Sequence record: LC727697.1 | Direction: 5' to 3' (one strand) | Length of the DNA stretch: 64,000 nt | DNA from: Pseudomonas phage sp. 30-2 | Part shown: positions 9,274-18,423 of the stretch, one piece after another | Layout of the letters: every line of letters begins with the position of its first letter | How positions within the stretch are numbered: position 1 is the first letter of the stretch | Notes under the pieces: model-generated | Databases searched by the model: none | Told to the model about the DNA's origin: nothing | Seen by the model: the letters and a program-made list of their open reading frames with translations, nothing else | Made by a program: the position numbers and the translations under genes

Positions 9274-10644
9274 TTATTTTATATCTTTGCTAGAATCTGC
9301 TTCAAATTTATCTGTTCTTATTTCTAAAAATCTAGGAAGAAAAAGAGAATCAACACCTATTCGGTCTACGCTTTTAATTCTTTCATTATACATAACACTC
9401 ACTATGCTATGTTTCCATTTATTTTCAAAATTTGCTGTTGCATCATCGCGTTCGCTGTCAGTTAAACCAGATATGTTGACTATTACCTTACCGTCTGAGC
9501 TTTCACATATTAATGATCCAACTTTATGTTCTGTTTTAGTACCTACTGTTCCGTAATTAAACCCAGTTACAATTAATTCGCATACTTTTTCTGATTTATA
9601 TTTTAATACTAACTTACTTCGTTTATTTTCCCATATACTATCAGGACATTTTACCATTATGCCTTCTTCGTTTCTAGATATTGCTTCGTCGAAGAAGATT
9701 TTTACTTCCTCTTTGCTATAAAGGAGACGAGTTTCTGCTAACCTAATTTGCCCTATATTTCCTAAAATAGTATTATATATTTTACTTTCTATATAATCAT
9801 CATCTACTTGCAATTTATGTATTGCATTTGATAAACTTTCGAATCTACTAGAATAGGGTGTAGTGCATTTATGTTCATTAAAACATCTAAGAGGAATACA
9901 ATCCCAAAGAATTGCTCTTACATTCTTTATTTCATTATCTGTAATGGTATCACTTTGTGCTTTACTTATGATACCGTTTCCTGTCCGTCTGGGGAGTATA
10001 TTATTATTAGAATCTACAACTATTAATTCGCCATCAAAAACCATATCTTCGTCGAAATATTTAATTAGCGAAACAAATGCGTCATCTAAAATATCTTTAA
10101 AATCGTATGATTTACCCGATCTTCCATAAAATGAAACAATTCCGGATTTACTAACATGAATATTAATTCTAGTTCCGTCTGATTTTATCTGAGAATAATA
10201 TGGTAACTTGCATTTACTAAGAAGATTTTCTGTTGCAGGTTCTGCTAGCAAGCACGGATATTTAGGTACTAGATCCTTCCATATTTTATTAACTGTAGCA
10301 TCTTGTATCCCTGCGCGTAAATCCTTTCTAATAATCCGGATAATTACATTTGCATCGTCATCTGTTAAACTAGAAAGAATATATGTTAGATGCAATATTG
10401 CGGCATTACCTGTTTTTATTCTATCAGATAGAACAGATAATTCGGTTAGTGCTTGTTCTAAGGTAAGAATAGTATCTGTTCGCGTGAATTCTGGTATTTT
10501 CTTTATATAAAAGTTAATAAATGGATTTAATGCCAAATGTATTACTTTTTTTAATGTGTCATTATCCTTGTTTCTTTCTAGAATAGCTAATTTAGTAGTT
10601 CGTTTAGTAGTATTTCCGATTTCGTCTAAAATTGTACGAATCAT
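9274..10644 (-). CDS. ATP-dependent DNA ligase (T4 gp30-like)
   Basis: Adenylation motif I QIKSDGTRI (KxDG); 456 aa. Confidence 0.85.
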   Translation of the reverse strand: MIRTILDEIGNTTKRTTKLAILERNKDNDTLKKVIHLALNPFINFYIKKIPEFTRTDTILTLEQALTELSVLSDRIKTGNAAILHLTYILSSLTDDDANVIIRIIRKDLRAGIQDATVNKIWKDLVPKYPCLLAEPATENLLSKCKLPYYSQIKSDGTRINIHVSKSGIVSFYGRSGKSYDFKDILDDAFVSLIKYFDEDMVFDGELIVVDSNNNILPRRTGNGIISKAQSDTITDNEIKNVRAILWDCIPLRCFNEHKCTTPYSSRFESLSNAIHKLQVDDDYIESKIYNTILGNIGQIRLAETRLLYSKEEVKIFFDEAISRNEEGIMVKCPDSIWENKRSKLVLKYKSEKVCELIVTGFNYGTVGTKTEHKVGSLICESSDGKVIVNISGLTDSERDDATANFENKWKHSIVSVMYNERIKSVDRIGVDSLFLPRFLEIRTDKFEADSSKDIK

Positions 10645-10671
10645 AATAGTGCCTTATTTAATTACTTAATA

Positions 10672-12402
10672 TTATGCAAGAACTTGTTCTACTTCTGCAC
10701 AATCTATTGTTTCTTTTTCCATTAACAAGTCTGCTACAAGTTTTAATTCAGCCTTTTTATCCGAAAGTAATGTTATGGCCTTATTGTACGCATCTTTTAC
10801 TAGAATTGCTGCATCTTGTTCTGCACTAGATTGCAAACTAGACAGGGTCGATGTCGCAACCGGTCCTATACTACCGAAACCACACGATGTAGTCATGTAT
10901 ACTGCAAGTTCGGTTGCTCTCTTTATATCTGAACTAGCGCCAGTGGATATTGCAGATTCACCGTATATGAGTTCTTCTGCTGCGCGGCCTGCCATTAACG
11001 TAACTAATTTATTCATGAGCTGCTCTTTGCTAACAGAAGGCTCTTCGTTAGGAAGAAATACAGTTACACCTAGTGCTAGACCTCGAGGAATGATAGATAC
11101 TTTATGCAAGTTATCATTAGATTTGTAAATTACACCCGATATTGCATGACCGGCTTCATGATATGCAGTACGAAGCAATTCTTCTTGGGTATATTTCTTT
11201 GTCGAATTTTCACCCATTAACACCTTATCTTTTGCTCGTTCTACATGCTCCTGGGTAATTACAGTTTGCCCAGACCTTACTGCATAGATTGCAGCCTCAT
11301 TGACTAGTTTAGCTAACTCAGCACCAGAGAATCCCGGAGTTCCTTTTGCTATTACTGAAAAATCTACATTGTCTTCAAATGTTTTTCCATTTGCATTTAT
11401 TTCTAAAATCTTCTGTCTAATCCCCACATCAGGTAAACTTAGTTGAACAATTCTGTCAAATCGTTTAGGACGAATAACAGCCGGGTCTAATATATCTAGT
11501 CTATTAGTAGCTGCAAGAATTGTAATACCATCGTTATCTTGCATTCCATCCATTTCTACTAATAACTGATTGAGTGTTTGGTCTGATCCATTAGATATTT
11601 TAGTAGAACGTTGCTGTGCAAGTGCATCAATTTCGTCTATGAAAATAATGCACGGCGCAGCTTCCTTTGCTTTTTTAAACATATCTGTTACACGGTTTGC
11701 ACCTACACCGACAAATGTATCATTAAACTCAGATCCAGCAACATAGAAAAAATTAACATTTGCCTCTTTTGCCATTGCCTTTGCTAAAAGTGTTTTCCCG
11801 ACGCCCGGACTGCCGTGCATTAGAATTCCACGAGGCACATCTATTCCCATGCTAGAATACTTAGTTCGATGAGCAATAAAATCAACTAACTCTTTTACTT
11901 CATTTATTTCGTGAGTATGGCCAGCTACATCGTTAAACGTTACTTCAATGTCTTTTGGTTCTATCTTGCGAAGTTTGGATTTACTTTTTGCATCTAATGA
12001 AGAACCAGGACCTATTCGCTTCAAAACGAATACCATTAAAATTAAAAATACTAACATTACTATAAGTCCAGACACCAAACTAGTAAGGAATGGACTAGGG
12101 GTAGAAGGTTCTTCGGTTACTACAGGAACACCTGCTTTAAGAAATGATTCTATTAATTTACTGGTATCTCCGGGGAATGTTACTTTTCTTCTGTCTGATG
12201 TATTAGTAACATACTGTAGTGTTTGTCCATCTTCTTTTAATTTAACACTAATTATTTTACCGCTCGTTGCGTCTGATAAAAAGGTGTTTATAGACACACT
12301 AGTCGGCTTGTAATTAATCGTTAACGCAAGTCCAGTTATGCATATTACAAGAAATAAAATAATAAATCTGTTATTTTTTATGAACTTAACAATATGTTGC
12401 AT
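10672..12402 (-). CDS. ftsH: FtsH-family membrane-anchored AAA+ zinc metalloprotease
   Basis: Two TM segments flank an ectodomain; Walker A GSPGVGKTLLAKA, Walker B IIFIDEIDAL, SRH ATNRLDILDPAVIRPKRFDR, M41 zinc site AYHEAGHAI. Confidence 0.9.
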   Translation of the reverse strand: MQHIVKFIKNNRFIILFLVICITGLALTINYKPTSVSINTFLSDATSGKIISVKLKEDGQTLQYVTNTSDRRKVTFPGDTSKLIESFLKAGVPVVTEEPSTPSPFLTSLVSGLIVMLVFLILMVFVLKRIGPGSSLDAKSKSKLRKIEPKDIEVTFNDVAGHTHEINEVKELVDFIAHRTKYSSMGIDVPRGILMHGSPGVGKTLLAKAMAKEANVNFFYVAGSEFNDTFVGVGANRVTDMFKKAKEAAPCIIFIDEIDALAQQRSTKISNGSDQTLNQLLVEMDGMQDNDGITILAATNRLDILDPAVIRPKRFDRIVQLSLPDVGIRQKILEINANGKTFEDNVDFSVIAKGTPGFSGAELAKLVNEAAIYAVRSGQTVITQEHVERAKDKVLMGENSTKKYTQEELLRTAYHEAGHAISGVIYKSNDNLHKVSIIPRGLALGVTVFLPNEEPSVSKEQLMNKLVTLMAGRAAEELIYGESAISTGASSDIKRATELAVYMTTSCGFGSIGPVATSTLSSLQSSAEQDAAILVKDAYNKAITLLSDKKAELKLVADLLMEKETIDCAEVEQVLA

Positions 12403-12442
12403 TATTTGATCCTATAAGGGGTTATGTGTGTAATATAACTGT

Positions 12443-13117
12443 TTACCGCTTATATGTAAATAGTTTTAAAAGTTTCTCTATAGACTCCATTATTGTATCG
12501 TACCAAAATAATACTACAGTTGTAGATAGTTTTTGCATAGATATATTTTCACATTTTTCGTTTATACAATCTTCTAATGTTTTGAGTATTACCACGCAAT
12601 TAATCACGTTTATTATCATACTGCCTATACAATAACTGACTGATAAATCTAATAGTATAGACATTACTATGGTCACAAGCAAAGTCATTGCTATAGAAAC
12701 ATTAAATGACGACGCGAAACTAAAAATGTTTTTTGACATAATTGCGTTTGCACAAAGAAACATATATAAAAACGAACTTATAGTAAACATAACTAAAACT
12801 AATAATGGCGCTACTTCCCCCAGTAACGCAGTTAATCCATTCCCTAATGTTATTCCTTGCCAAAATAATAAAAATACACTCCCTACAATAGACACATACA
12901 CATTTGTTCTAATACAATCTATAATAAACATTATAGCAAAATATGAAAATATACACACAAGTAAATTCATATTAAGAATTGGCATAGTTAATGCTAAATA
13001 TGCGCCGGCGGCTGCAAATATTCTAGTTAACATTAAAGTTGCAAATGTTCCTATTATAGATTTCTGTTCATTTGTTTTAAGTTCCAATTTTATCTCCTTA
13101 TAAAACAATCCCCGCAA
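12443..13117 (-). CDS. polytopic membrane protein (224 aa)
   Basis: Multiple hydrophobic segments; the overlapping + ORFs are treated as shadows. Confidence 0.45.
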   Translation of the reverse strand: MRGLFYKEIKLELKTNEQKSIIGTFATLMLTRIFAAAGAYLALTMPILNMNLLVCIFSYFAIMFIIDCIRTNVYVSIVGSVFLLFWQGITLGNGLTALLGEVAPLLVLVMFTISSFLYMFLCANAIMSKNIFSFASSFNVSIAMTLLVTIVMSILLDLSVSYCIGSMIINVINCVVILKTLEDCINEKCENISMQKLSTTVVLFWYDTIMESIEKLLKLFTYKR

Positions 13118-13134
13118 TTGCGGGGATTGTTTTT
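13102..13134. terminator. rho-independent terminator (long stem)
   Basis: aaaacaatccccgc-aatt-gcggggattgtttt. Confidence 0.7.
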
Positions 13135-13360
13135 ACTCTTCTTCGATTACCACAGGCATTTCTTTTTCTAATTTCTTTAACTGTGCTTCTGTTTGTTTAT
13201 CTAACATTTCTTCAGAAATATTAACATATGCCTTTTTAAAGTGTTCTAAACAATATGCTTTTCCTTCTATAGGTTTTGCTCCGCATTGTGTTTTAGAATT
13301 TCCTTTCCATTCACACTGTTTAGCTCTATATACTCCAAAAGTAAAATCAAATGTTTTCAT
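13133..13360 (-). CDS. small Cys-rich protein (75 aa), putative zinc ribbon
   Basis: CEWKGNSKTQCGAKPIEGKAYCLEH. Confidence 0.4.
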   Translation of the reverse strand: MKTFDFTFGVYRAKQCEWKGNSKTQCGAKPIEGKAYCLEHFKKAYVNISEEMLDKQTEAQLKKLEKEMPVVIEEE

Positions 13361-13427
13361 TTATAATCCTTATTACGTCATGCGTTTGTGTCGATCTTCA
13401 AGCTTCTTGTTGCAAAAGCTATCCATA

Positions 13428-13721
13428 TCAGTCTGTATATAAATCTTGTATTATTAATAATTGTTTATTATTTTGTAATGTTTCTTTTATTAAATGTTCT
13501 AAGTTAATAGTTTCCGAATAATTAGTATGCCAGTGATATGGTTTAGTTGGTTTAATTTGTTCACAAACATAAATTACATATTGGTCTATAGGTTGAGTTA
13601 TAGAATATGGTTTTATATTGCGTAAAATATCTTTATAAAATACCACACTAACTGTTACAGATACACCATTTCTTTTATTGATTACTGTGTAATCTTTTCC
13701 AATAGTGTGTATATCTATCAT
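13428..13721 (-). CDS. hypothetical protein (97 aa)
   Basis: ORF on coding strand. Confidence 0.4.
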   Translation of the reverse strand: MIDIHTIGKDYTVINKRNGVSVTVSVVFYKDILRNIKPYSITQPIDQYVIYVCEQIKPTKPYHWHTNYSETINLEHLIKETLQNNKQLLIIQDLYTD

Positions 13722-13730
13722 TTATTTGCA

Positions 13731-14015
13731 TTACCTGTCATGAAATAGAATTGTGTTACCCTTATAGGTAGATACGTATACTCCTAATAAATCTTTAAAC
13801 AATAACGAATTAGCCCAACACTCTGGACCTTCGCCCCACATAATAGCTGCATCAGCTTTTACATATTTATGAATTTGTTTTTTCGACAATACTTTAATAC
13901 CGTTTGGATTAAATCCTGCTTGCTTGGCAAATTCCTTTAATTCAAATGCCATGTGTTGTGCAGTTTCATAAGATAAAGAAAAGAGGCATTCATCCCAATG
14001 CTTTTTAGTTCTCAT
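13731..14015 (-). CDS. hypothetical protein (94 aa)
   Basis: ORF on coding strand. Confidence 0.4.
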   Translation of the reverse strand: MRTKKHWDECLFSLSYETAQHMAFELKEFAKQAGFNPNGIKVLSKKQIHKYVKADAAIMWGEGPECWANSLLFKDLLGVYVSTYKGNTILFHDR

Positions 14016-14034
14016 AAGTATTCACCGAAGTTAT

Positions 14035-14583
14035 TTATTGAGAATACATACCCTCCAGATATTCCCAATTAAATATATTCCATATATTCTCGTAGTATGA
14101 CTTCTTGTCTGCTTTATAATCGAGCATATATGCATGCTCCCAACAATCAATAAGTAAGAATATATCGTCTCTTACTTCGTGATTTGGGATTTCCTTTATT
14201 ACAAGGGTATTAGAAACATAAATCCATCCAGAACCATGAACATCCATACATGCAGATATAACCTCATTTTTAAATTTAGAAAATGAAGTAAATTTAGATT
14301 TTATATCTTTTAATAATATCCCGGAAGGAGAATATCTTTTTTGAGAATCAGTAAATTGACTAAAATAAATCCCATGCAAGTATGCACCTGCAAATGAAAA
14401 TTTATTACTAGGGTCTTTGTTTACTGAAGATATGTAATTAGAATATAGTGTTCCGTAATGTAGTTCTACTAAATCTTTAGAGAAAGTAGGACTAAGACTA
14501 CTTACGGAATACGGGATAGGAATTTTCTTTACGGACGATGCAGCTTCTGCAATAGATATGTATTTCTTTATGGAATCATTCAT
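14035..14583 (-). CDS. sod: Fe/Mn-family superoxide dismutase
   Basis: LHYG near the N-terminus, the AGAYLHGIYF His region, and the diagnostic DCWEHAYMLDY (DxWEHAYY) motif. Confidence 0.7.
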   Translation of the reverse strand: MNDSIKKYISIAEAASSVKKIPIPYSVSSLSPTFSKDLVELHYGTLYSNYISSVNKDPSNKFSFAGAYLHGIYFSQFTDSQKRYSPSGILLKDIKSKFTSFSKFKNEVISACMDVHGSGWIYVSNTLVIKEIPNHEVRDDIFLLIDCWEHAYMLDYKADKKSYYENIWNIFNWEYLEGMYSQ

Positions 14584-14657
14584 AATTCTTATATCCCTAT
14601 ATGCTTTATTTATTATAATAGGGAAGGGGGCAGGTGTCTACCCCCGTTTTTGCTGTA

Positions 14658-14993
14658 TTACGATTCTTCTACAGTTACTTTAAAATCAGGATAACCGTTG
14701 TTAATGGCAAGTTGAACAGATTTAGACTGTTTCGATTCTGCAATTTCTTTTGTATAGCTGCCTACAATCTTTGCGCCGCGTTCATGCACTTCCATCATTG
14801 TATTGTATGCGCTAGATGCATCGTAGTCATATATATATACTAACAATTGCATAACAAATTCCATAGTGGTTTTGTTATCGTTGTGAAAAACTACATTATA
14901 TTTCTTAGGTTGAAATACAGTAGACGAAGTTTCAACTTTATTAGCTACCTTTACAGTCATTTTTAAATCCCAAGTTGATCGTAATTGATACAC
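14658..14993 (-). CDS. clpS: ClpS-like adaptor
   Basis: YNVVFHNDNKTTMEFVMQLL ... MMEVHERGAKIVGSYTKEIAESK follows the ClpS core. Confidence 0.75.
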   Translation of the reverse strand: MYQLRSTWDLKMTVKVANKVETSSTVFQPKKYNVVFHNDNKTTMEFVMQLLVYIYDYDASSAYNTMMEVHERGAKIVGSYTKEIAESKQSKSVQLAINNGYPDFKVTVEES

Positions 14994-15035
14994 ATTATTA
15001 TATATGTTTAAACAGTGTCGTCAAGTTATATAGCA

Positions 15036-15068
15036 AAAATAAAAAGCTGGAATACCAGCTTTTTATTT
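15036..15068. terminator. rho-independent terminator after hsp20
   Basis: aaaagctgg-aata-ccagctttt flanked by A and T runs. Confidence 0.65.
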
Positions 15069-15075
15069 GTAAACA

Positions 15076-15507
15076 TTATTCTATATCAATTACTTTTCGT
15101 TGTGATTCTGCAGGACTCGGCGGTTGAATTTTTATTGTTAGAATGCCATTTTTCATACCGCACGAAGATATATTTATAAGATCGTCTACAAGCCTGAATT
15201 TGACAGAAAAATCTTTACTAGAAATACCTTTGTGTTCGTATTCTACTTCAGTTTTAAAAATTCGTTCCGGTTTTGTTTCTATTACTAACAGTCGTTCTCT
15301 GCTATCTACATAAACATCTAGCTCGGATTTATCATAACCGGCAAGAGCTAATTCAAGACAATAGCTACCGTCTGCATTCTTTATCAAATTATGGGGAGGA
15401 AACTTCTGGCTACTAAGTTCATTAGTAATAGTATTAAGTAAATCAGTTGCACCTAGTGCATATCTATAATTAGCTAGGTTAGATGACATTATAACATGTT
15501 TTTGCAT
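15076..15507 (-). CDS. small heat-shock protein (Hsp20/alpha-crystallin)
   Basis: About 140 aa with an alpha-crystallin core and a C-terminal GILTIKI motif. Confidence 0.7.
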   Translation of the reverse strand: MQKHVIMSSNLANYRYALGATDLLNTITNELSSQKFPPHNLIKNADGSYCLELALAGYDKSELDVYVDSRERLLVIETKPERIFKTEVEYEHKGISSKDFSVKFRLVDDLINISSCGMKNGILTIKIQPPSPAESQRKVIDIE

Positions 15508-15590
15508 TTTTAATCTCCTTTACGCAAGATATAGTGTGAGCCCAATAAGGCACTCGTTGTATAGTATTCCTCATGGAATACTAATGTTAT

Positions 15591-16061
15591 TTATCTTTTA
15601 AATGTTGACTTATACGTTTCATATATAGCAGAATTGTTTTCGTGTTCCCATATTTCTATACTATGGACCCAACATCTTCCGCCAGAATGTTTTTCTATAA
15701 TGGGATTTAAATAGTCAAACAGATGCTTACATGAACCTTCTATTCCGGGACCATGGCCTTTTTTAACATCCATTATATTTAATTTAACTAGACCTTCTTG
15801 TTCCATTTGTTTAAGGATATTTAACTTGGGATCATCAGATGCAACTAAAACATTATGATCCCATTGTTCTTCCAACCATTTCCTAAAATCTTTCAATCCA
15901 CCAAAATCTACTACCCACATTTTATCATCTAATGTAGTAGCAGAAAAAACAATCTTCACTGTTCTTCCATAGCCGTGTATTCTACTGCAATGACCTGTAT
16001 CTTTCCATTGACGATGGCCAGTGGAAATAGGTCCAAATCTCTTAGTTGAAAAATATGCCAT
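15591..16061 (-). CDS. QueD/6-pyruvoyl-tetrahydropterin synthase-like protein (divergent paralog)
   Basis: CSRIHGYGRTVKIVF resembles the PTPS CxxxHGH site but has HGY in place of HGH. Confidence 0.5.
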   Translation of the reverse strand: MAYFSTKRFGPISTGHRQWKDTGHCSRIHGYGRTVKIVFSATTLDDKMWVVDFGGLKDFRKWLEEQWDHNVLVASDDPKLNILKQMEQEGLVKLNIMDVKKGHGPGIEGSCKHLFDYLNPIIEKHSGGRCWVHSIEIWEHENNSAIYETYKSTFKR

Positions 16062-16062
16062 A

Positions 16063-16398
16063 TTAAATTATTAATCCGCAATAAATGCATTTTTCTGCAT
16101 CTGTATTTGTATGATAATTAGTATTGTGATACACAAACTTATGATTGCAATACCGACGGATATACTGCATAGTTTTATCTATACAGATTATACGTTGTTC
16201 AAGTCTACTGCATTCGGATATAGCATCTTTATACGATTGGAGCTGTTCTATATCCATTTTTATGCTGGAAATAAGTAAAGAATCTGCAGGATCTGCAGGG
16301 ATGTCAACTTTATCCAATTGCCGTAGGCTATAATAGAGTTTATTCCTACGATTTCTGCAAAACATAAGTTCATTATTTAAAATCCTGCAAAGGTCCAT
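16063..16398 (-). CDS. hypothetical protein with C-terminal Cys cluster
   Basis: CNHKF ... EKCIYCG. Confidence 0.4.
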   Translation of the reverse strand: MDLCRILNNELMFCRNRRNKLYYSLRQLDKVDIPADPADSLLISSIKMDIEQLQSYKDAISECSRLEQRIICIDKTMQYIRRYCNHKFVYHNTNYHTNTDAEKCIYCGLII

Positions 16399-16400
16399 TA

Positions 16401-16607
16401 TTATATTTTTTTCTTTTTCTGGCGTTGAATTGCTGCTTTTTTAGCTTTTGTCTTTTTTACAGAAGGCTTTTCATAGAATTCGCGTTCTCGAACTTCTTTT
16501 AATTTTCCTGAATTTTGAACCTTTTTAGTAAAAGTTCTAAGTGCTTGGTTAAAGTTATCGTGTCTTACTTCTACAGTAAGACCAGTAATTATATTAAATG
16601 TCTTCAT
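16401..16607 (-). CDS. rpsU: ribosomal protein bS21 homolog
   Basis: VEVRHDNFNQALRTFTKKVQNSGKLKEVREREFYEKPSVKKTKAKKAAIQRQ aligns with bacterial S21 (VRENEPFDVALRRFKR ... AEVRRREFYEKPT ... RKRAKA); start overlaps the clpX stop by 14 nt. Confidence 0.8.
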   Translation of the reverse strand: MKTFNIITGLTVEVRHDNFNQALRTFTKKVQNSGKLKEVREREFYEKPSVKKTKAKKAAIQRQKKKKI

Positions 16608-17820
16608 TTTGCCCTTTTATGAAATTATGTTTTCCTAGTTCGTGTATAATAATCTTGCTAAACCCTTCTCGTCTTATAGAAGGCAATCTATATGCTATAC
16701 TAGATAGTTCTTTTTCTAAAATAGTTCTTAAACCACGAGCGCCTGTTTTCCTATTAAACGCTGTAGTAGCAACAGATTTTATAAAATCTTCATCGAATTC
16801 TAATTCAATGTTATCTAATTTAAACATAGTTTGATATTGTTTAAGTATAGAACTTTTAGGCTCTACTAGAATTCGACGAAGCATAGTCTCTGTTACATCA
16901 TGAAACGCAATAAGAACAGGAAATCTCCCTACAAATTCTCTTATAAAACCGTATGTATACAAATCTTCCGGTTCTACATAGAATAAACTACCTTCTATGG
17001 GTTTACCAGCTTCTGAACCAAATCCCATTTGAGATTTAGTAGAACTAAGTCTTTTATTTATTACTGCATCCAGTCCTATAAATGCGCCGCCAACTATAAA
17101 CAAAACGTTAGTTGTGTCAAACATAATTTCCTGCCTAGGACTAAACATACTGTTAGAATTTAGTTCTAATTTAATCGTTGTTCCTTCTAACACCCGAAGT
17201 AAAGACTGTTGAACACCCTCGCCGGAAACATCAGATCCTGCAGAATTTGTTCCTTTTTTAGAACGCTTCTTATCTATTTCATCTATAAATACGATTCCAC
17301 GTTGCGCTAGTTCTATGTCACCATTTGCTTCTGCGATTAATCTAGTAAATATAGTCTCTACATGATCGCCGACATATCCTGCCTCTGTTAGCGAAGTAGA
17401 ATCTACAGAAACAAAAGGTATGTTTAACAATTTAGATATACTAGATATTAAAAATGTCTTACCGCTGCCTGAAGGTCCCAGTAGCATTATGTTAGATTTA
17501 GATAACTCTACATCATGTTCAGTAGTGTTATAGTTTACCCGTTTATAATGATTATACACTGCTAGACTTAGTAATTCTTTTGCGTGATCTTGCCCTACAA
17601 TGTCTTTATCTAGCAATTCCTTTAGTTCTTCAGGTGTGTATTTTATTTCTAATTTATTAGATTCCCGATCATTTGTTTCAGCAGTTTCTAAAAAATTGTT
17701 GCACTGAGTTACACACTGGTCACATATATATACATTTGATCCATATTTAGCAGGGCTACGAAACAACTTAGACACATCATCTTTGCCTTTATTGCAATAA
17801 GAGCATGTTTCTTTCGACAT
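16594..17820 (-). CDS. clpX: ClpX ATP-dependent unfoldase
   Basis: N-terminal C4 zinc finger (CSYCNK ... CDQC), Walker A LLGPSGSGKTFL, GYVG pore loop, Walker B IVFIDEIDK. Confidence 0.9.
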   Translation of the reverse strand: MSKETCSYCNKGKDDVSKLFRSPAKYGSNVYICDQCVTQCNNFLETAETNDRESNKLEIKYTPEELKELLDKDIVGQDHAKELLSLAVYNHYKRVNYNTTEHDVELSKSNIMLLGPSGSGKTFLISSISKLLNIPFVSVDSTSLTEAGYVGDHVETIFTRLIAEANGDIELAQRGIVFIDEIDKKRSKKGTNSAGSDVSGEGVQQSLLRVLEGTTIKLELNSNSMFSPRQEIMFDTTNVLFIVGGAFIGLDAVINKRLSSTKSQMGFGSEAGKPIEGSLFYVEPEDLYTYGFIREFVGRFPVLIAFHDVTETMLRRILVEPKSSILKQYQTMFKLDNIELEFDEDFIKSVATTAFNRKTGARGLRTILEKELSSIAYRLPSIRREGFSKIIIHELGKHNFIKGQNEDI

Positions 17821-17837
17821 TTATATCTACCTTTATA

Positions 17838-18356
17838 TTATGCAATATATGTTGCACAAGCTTTATCAGTTTCCCACCATTCTACTTTAGAAACAGTTAT
17901 ACCTTTTTGTTCTAAAATGCTTTCAGCATATTCCCAAATCCATTTAGCTAAATTTTCTGCAGTAGGAACAAAATCTACTATTACAAAACTATCTGCATGT
18001 TCCTTTTCGTGTTCTACTGTCTCTTCAGATGTATCGAATATTCCATAGTGCTCAAAACTTATAGTAGAATATTTAGATGCATTGGTTATCTTACTAAAAT
18101 TAGGATCGTTTGCATCTATAATAAACTTATGGTCGATTACGTCATCTATAAATTTTTTAAGAAAACCTAAATGCTTAAAATCAGTTACCATACCGTTTAC
18201 TAAAGAAGTTCCAGTTAAATGAATAACTATTTTACCTGTATGTCCGTGTAAATGCCTGCATTTGCATTTGGTGTCTTCAACTAAATCTGCATCTAAGTGT
18301 TGATTATGGACTCTGTGAGCATATGCAAAACTGAAACTTTTATTAATCTGCCACAA
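17838..18356 (-). CDS. queD: QueD / 6-carboxytetrahydropterin (6-pyruvoyl-tetrahydropterin) synthase
   Basis: AYAHRVHN ... CRHLHGHTGKIVIHL: the canonical CxxxHGH zinc site. Confidence 0.8.
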   Translation of the reverse strand: MWQINKSFSFAYAHRVHNQHLDADLVEDTKCKCRHLHGHTGKIVIHLTGTSLVNGMVTDFKHLGFLKKFIDDVIDHKFIIDANDPNFSKITNASKYSTISFEHYGIFDTSEETVEHEKEHADSFVIVDFVPTAENLAKWIWEYAESILEQKGITVSKVEWWETDKACATYIA

Positions 18357-18423
18357 TTTTATATTCCTTATTAATATGCTATGTGTAACTACTATGGATA
18401 GGTCCTATCCATAGTAGTTTTTG

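Noticed and set aside
9131-9556. Plus-strand 141-aa ORF overlapping the ligase 3' end
   Set aside because: It overlaps the well-supported ligase and the small minus ORF 9103..9264. Its Ser/Leu/Ile-rich translation is typical of an antisense frame in AT-rich DNA.
10775-12313. Plus-strand ORFs 10775..11128 and 11948..12313 inside ftsH
   Set aside because: They are antisense to a gene with complete AAA+ and M41 motifs, which makes them shadow ORFs.
12669-13103. Plus-strand 144-aa ORF inside the membrane-protein gene
   Set aside because: It is antisense to 12443..13117. Hydrophobic antisense frames are expected opposite TM-coding DNA.
15508-15590. Possible sigma-32-type heat-shock promoter upstream of hsp20
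   Set aside because: There is only a small hairpin (agtattcc-tcat-ggaatact) and no convincing TTGAAA ... CCCCAT spacing. It was not reported as a feature.
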